DNA from: Vicinamibacterales bacterium
GTDB taxonomy: Bacteria; Acidobacteriota; Vicinamibacteria; Vicinamibacterales; UBA2999
Assembly (NCBI GenBank): GCA_040081715.1
Contig: JBEBFY010000005.1
Coordinates: forward strand, 48,699-112,698
Direction of reading: 5' to 3'
Length of the DNA: 64,000 nt
Both the position numbers and the translations under genes were made by a program. Numbering within the stretch: position 1 is the stretch's first letter; the number at the start of each line of letters is the position of its first letter. The notes under the pieces were generated by a model. That model had not been told where the DNA came from. It did no database searches and saw only the letters and a list, made by a program, of their open reading frames with translations. This document shows, one piece after another, positions 61,836 through 64,000 of the stretch.

Positions 61836-63191
61836 ATGATCATCACCAAGCTCGCGCTGCCACGACGGACGTTCCTGCGGGGTGCCGGCGTGGCACTGTC
61901 GCTGCCGCTCCTCGACGCCATGGTGCCTGCGGCGACCGCGCTCTCGAAGACCGCGGCCAAGCCGGTGCCTCGCCTCGGCTTTGTGTACACGCCCAATGGC
62001 TTCATGAAGAAGTTCTGGACGCCGGCGACGGCGGGCAAGAACTGGGAATCGACGCCGTCTCTGGCGGCCCTCGAGCCGTACCGCAATGACGTGACGCTCA
62101 TCACGGGGCTGGCGCACCGCATGGCGGACCCGATGGGCGACCCGCCAGGGCCGCACTCGCGCGTATCCGGCGCGTGGATGGCCGGTGTGCATATCAAGTT
62201 CACGGAAGGCGCGGACGTGCGCGCCGGCCGGACGGCGGACCAGATTGCGGCCGGTGTGCTCGGCCGCGAGACGCCGCTGCCGTCGCTGGAACTGGCCATC
62301 GAGCAGAACGAGAAGATGGTCGGCAACTGCGAGGCCGGCTACAGCTGCATGTACCTGAACACCATCAGCTGGCGTGATGAATCCACGCCGATGCCGATGG
62401 AGACCCATCCGCGCGTGGTGTTCGAGCGCCTCTTCGGGGACGGCGGCTCGCCGGCCGAGGAGCGGCGGGAACGGAAGACGAACCGCAGCATCCTCGATTC
62501 GGTCACTGAACGGGTCGGTGAACTGAAGCGGTCGCTCGGCGCGGGCGACGCACAGCGCCTGAATCAGTACCTGGATTCGGTGCGCGACATCGAAGGCCGC
62601 ATCCAGCGGTCCGAGGCCCGGACCAGTGAACTCACCGGGTTGCCCGAGCGGCCCGTGGACATCCCCACGGAGTTCGAGGACCACGTCAAGCTGATGTTCG
62701 ACCTGCAGACCCTCGCATATCAGGGTGATGTCACGCGCGTCATCACCTTCCAGATGAGCCGGGAGCAGACACCGCGTGCGTACCCGAACCTGGGCATCAG
62801 TACCGCGCACCACACGCTGTCGCACCACGGCGGCGACCAGCAGAAGATCGCGCAGAAGGCCAAGGTCGACGCCTATCACGTGAAGCTGTTGACCTACTAC
62901 ATCGACAAGCTGAAGAACACGCCCGATGGTGATGGGTCACTGCTCGATCACATTGTGGTGCTCTACGGCGCGGGGATGGGCGAGCCGAACAGTCACGACC
63001 CCTTCGACATCCCGAGCATCCTGATCGGCAAGGGCCGCGGGCAGATCAGCCCCGGACGGCACCTGGCGTTCAACATGCGGGACTACACCCCGCAATGCAA
63101 CCTGTTGCTCTCGCTCCTCGACATGGTGGACGTGCCACTTGAGAAGCTGGGCGACAGTACGGGCCGGTTCCAGGGCCTCTCAGGTCTCTGA
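61836..63191 (+). CDS. DUF1552 family protein with a Tat-type signal (copy d)
   Basis: 451 aa. N-terminus MIITKLALPRRTFLRGAGVALSLPLLDAMVPAATA. Confidence 0.88.
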   Translation: MIITKLALPRRTFLRGAGVALSLPLLDAMVPAATALSKTAAKPVPRLGFVYTPNGFMKKFWTPATAGKNWESTPSLAALEPYRNDVTLITGLAHRMADPMGDPPGPHSRVSGAWMAGVHIKFTEGADVRAGRTADQIAAGVLGRETPLPSLELAIEQNEKMVGNCEAGYSCMYLNTISWRDESTPMPMETHPRVVFERLFGDGGSPAEERRERKTNRSILDSVTERVGELKRSLGAGDAQRLNQYLDSVRDIEGRIQRSEARTSELTGLPERPVDIPTEFEDHVKLMFDLQTLAYQGDVTRVITFQMSREQTPRAYPNLGISTAHHTLSHHGGDQQKIAQKAKVDAYHVKLLTYYIDKLKNTPDGDGSLLDHIVVLYGAGMGEPNSHDPFDIPSILIGKGRGQISPGRHLAFNMRDYTPQCNLLLSLLDMVDVPLEKLGDSTGRFQGLSGL

Positions 63192-63215
63192 GTCAGCGGT
63201 CCGATCTGGACTTCC

Positions 63216-63241
63216 GGGGGCGGGGCTTCGGCTTCGCCCCC
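63216..63241 (+). terminator. Candidate intrinsic terminator after the last DUF1552 gene
   Basis: GGGGGCG (63216-63222) pairs with CGCCCCC (63235-63241). The inner GC-TTCG-GC forms a UUCG-type tetraloop. The sequence continues GTCGTGTTTCTG, a short T-run. Confidence 0.45.
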
Positions 63242-63249
63242 GTCGTGTT

Positions 63250-63448
63250 TCTGTCACCGTGCTCTCCCCTCGCTGCGCCCACGATCTCCCGGTCGTGCGG
63301 CACATCTCGAACCGCGTCGCGGCGATGTACCTCGGCCACACCGGCACCTGCCCCGAGCCTGAGCGATCGTCGAATACCTCATCCCGATCTGGCGTCGAGC
63401 GTCGAGACGTTGCCCTCGGGACTGATCGTCCTCAACGCGTGCACGTGA
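63250..63448 (+). pseudogene. Relic of the C-terminal part of an oligopeptide/dipeptide-type ABC transporter ATPase (DppF/OppF-like)
   Basis: 63280-63339 translates to HDLPVVRHISNRVAAMYLGH, which matches the H-loop region (SHDLxVVRHISDRVAVMYLG) of this ATPase family. No Walker A or B lies upstream. After a frame change the sequence reads ...IPHPDLASSVE..., weakly like the HPYTxALLSAVP tail, and ends at a TGA at 63446-63448. Confidence 0.35.
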
Positions 63449-63524
63449 GACGCAGGGGGATGCGGGTCGGTGGTAACCTATTTCCGAACTTCGGTGGATG
63501 TCGGCCGTGGGCCGACAGGAGGGT

Positions 63525-64000
63525 ATGAAGATGCGCACTTTCCTGGCTCTGTCGGTTCCGCTCATCGCTGCAGCCGCCTTCGGCACCCCCGCGCTGACGC
63601 AGACACGGAGCGGTGGCACCGGCGCTTCGCAGCAGGAGCAGAAGGTGCTTCCGCCGGAGGCCCGGTACTGGATGGGTGTCACCACGATGGGCGGCATCAC
63701 TGCGATGGGTGGCGGGATGGCGCAGGGCCGCCGGCCCTCCATGTCGGACATGATGCGAATGAGCAGCCTGCCCTCCGAAGCGCACAGCGTGGAACTGCGG
63801 CTCGGCTCGACGCTGCCACCCAAGGGCGGCCCCGAGGCGTCCCACACGATGCCGCCGGGCGCGCAGGTCAATAAGCCGATCTTCCTGCAGACACCGGAGC
63901 CGGGGAGGACCCAGGGCGGCTCGCCGGAGCCCTACCGGCAGCCCAAGGGGCAGATCAGCTTTTACTGGGGCTGTGGTGAGAAGGCCGGGGCCGGGCAGCC
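63525..64000 (+). CDS. Secreted hypothetical protein, N-terminal part; the gene runs off the right edge
   Basis: Own translation from ATG 63525 (CAGGAGGG ribosome-binding site): MKMRTFLALSVPLIAAAAFGTPALTQTRSGG...GQISFYWGCGEKAGAGQ. It has a signal peptide and GC-rich third positions. It is not in the ORF track because no stop lies inside the window. Confidence 0.5.
   Translation, partial: MKMRTFLALSVPLIAAAAFGTPALTQTRSGGTGASQQEQKVLPPEARYWMGVTTMGGITAMGGGMAQGRRPSMSDMMRMSSLPSEAHSVELRLGSTLPPKGGPEASHTMPPGAQVNKPIFLQTPEPGRTQGGSPEPYRQPKGQISFYWGCGEKAGAGQ

Noticed and set aside
63254-63871. A 205-aa minus-strand ORF and a 134-aa plus-strand ORF (63470-63874) near the right edge.
   Set aside because: Both translate to Arg/Gly/Pro-rich junk. 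A third frame starting at ATG 63525 has a ribosome-binding site, a signal peptide and protein-like composition, and is preferred.

Overview
This is a 64-kb chromosomal window from a high-GC bacterium (hand counts give about two thirds G+C). The protein families present suggest Acidobacteriota or a relative; that is an inference. All calls come from reading the ORF track and the sequence, with no database search.

Layout:
- 1-12.1 kb: housekeeping genes (dut fragment, M16 peptidase, ettA, UbiD-family decarboxylase, apaG, ABC exporter).
- 13.4-21.2 kb: a CzcCBA/CusCBA-type metal-efflux operon with its own two-component system.
- 22.7-63.2 kb: an accessory-looking region full of secreted proteins. 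It holds three DUF1592-family/DUF1552 pairs plus one extra DUF1552, three NHL beta-propellers, two secreted ankyrin proteins, a TonB-dependent-receptor-like barrel, one octaheme cytochrome and several mono-heme cytochromes.

The most interesting locus is a lower-GC minus-strand block at 32866-36729. A membrane-anchored TIR-domain protein (35461-36729) is followed 7 nt later by a protein with an N-terminal YpsA-like SLOG nucleotide-sensor domain and four C-terminal transmembrane helices (33645-35453). A small lipoprotein gene follows these two (32866-33588). I read this as a candidate uncharacterised Thoeris-like system: a TIR signal generator, a SLOG sensor and a membrane effector.

I recognised no rRNA, tRNA, CRISPR array, transposase or integrase. 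Many long ORFs in the track are antisense or off-frame artefacts of the high GC content and are not reported.
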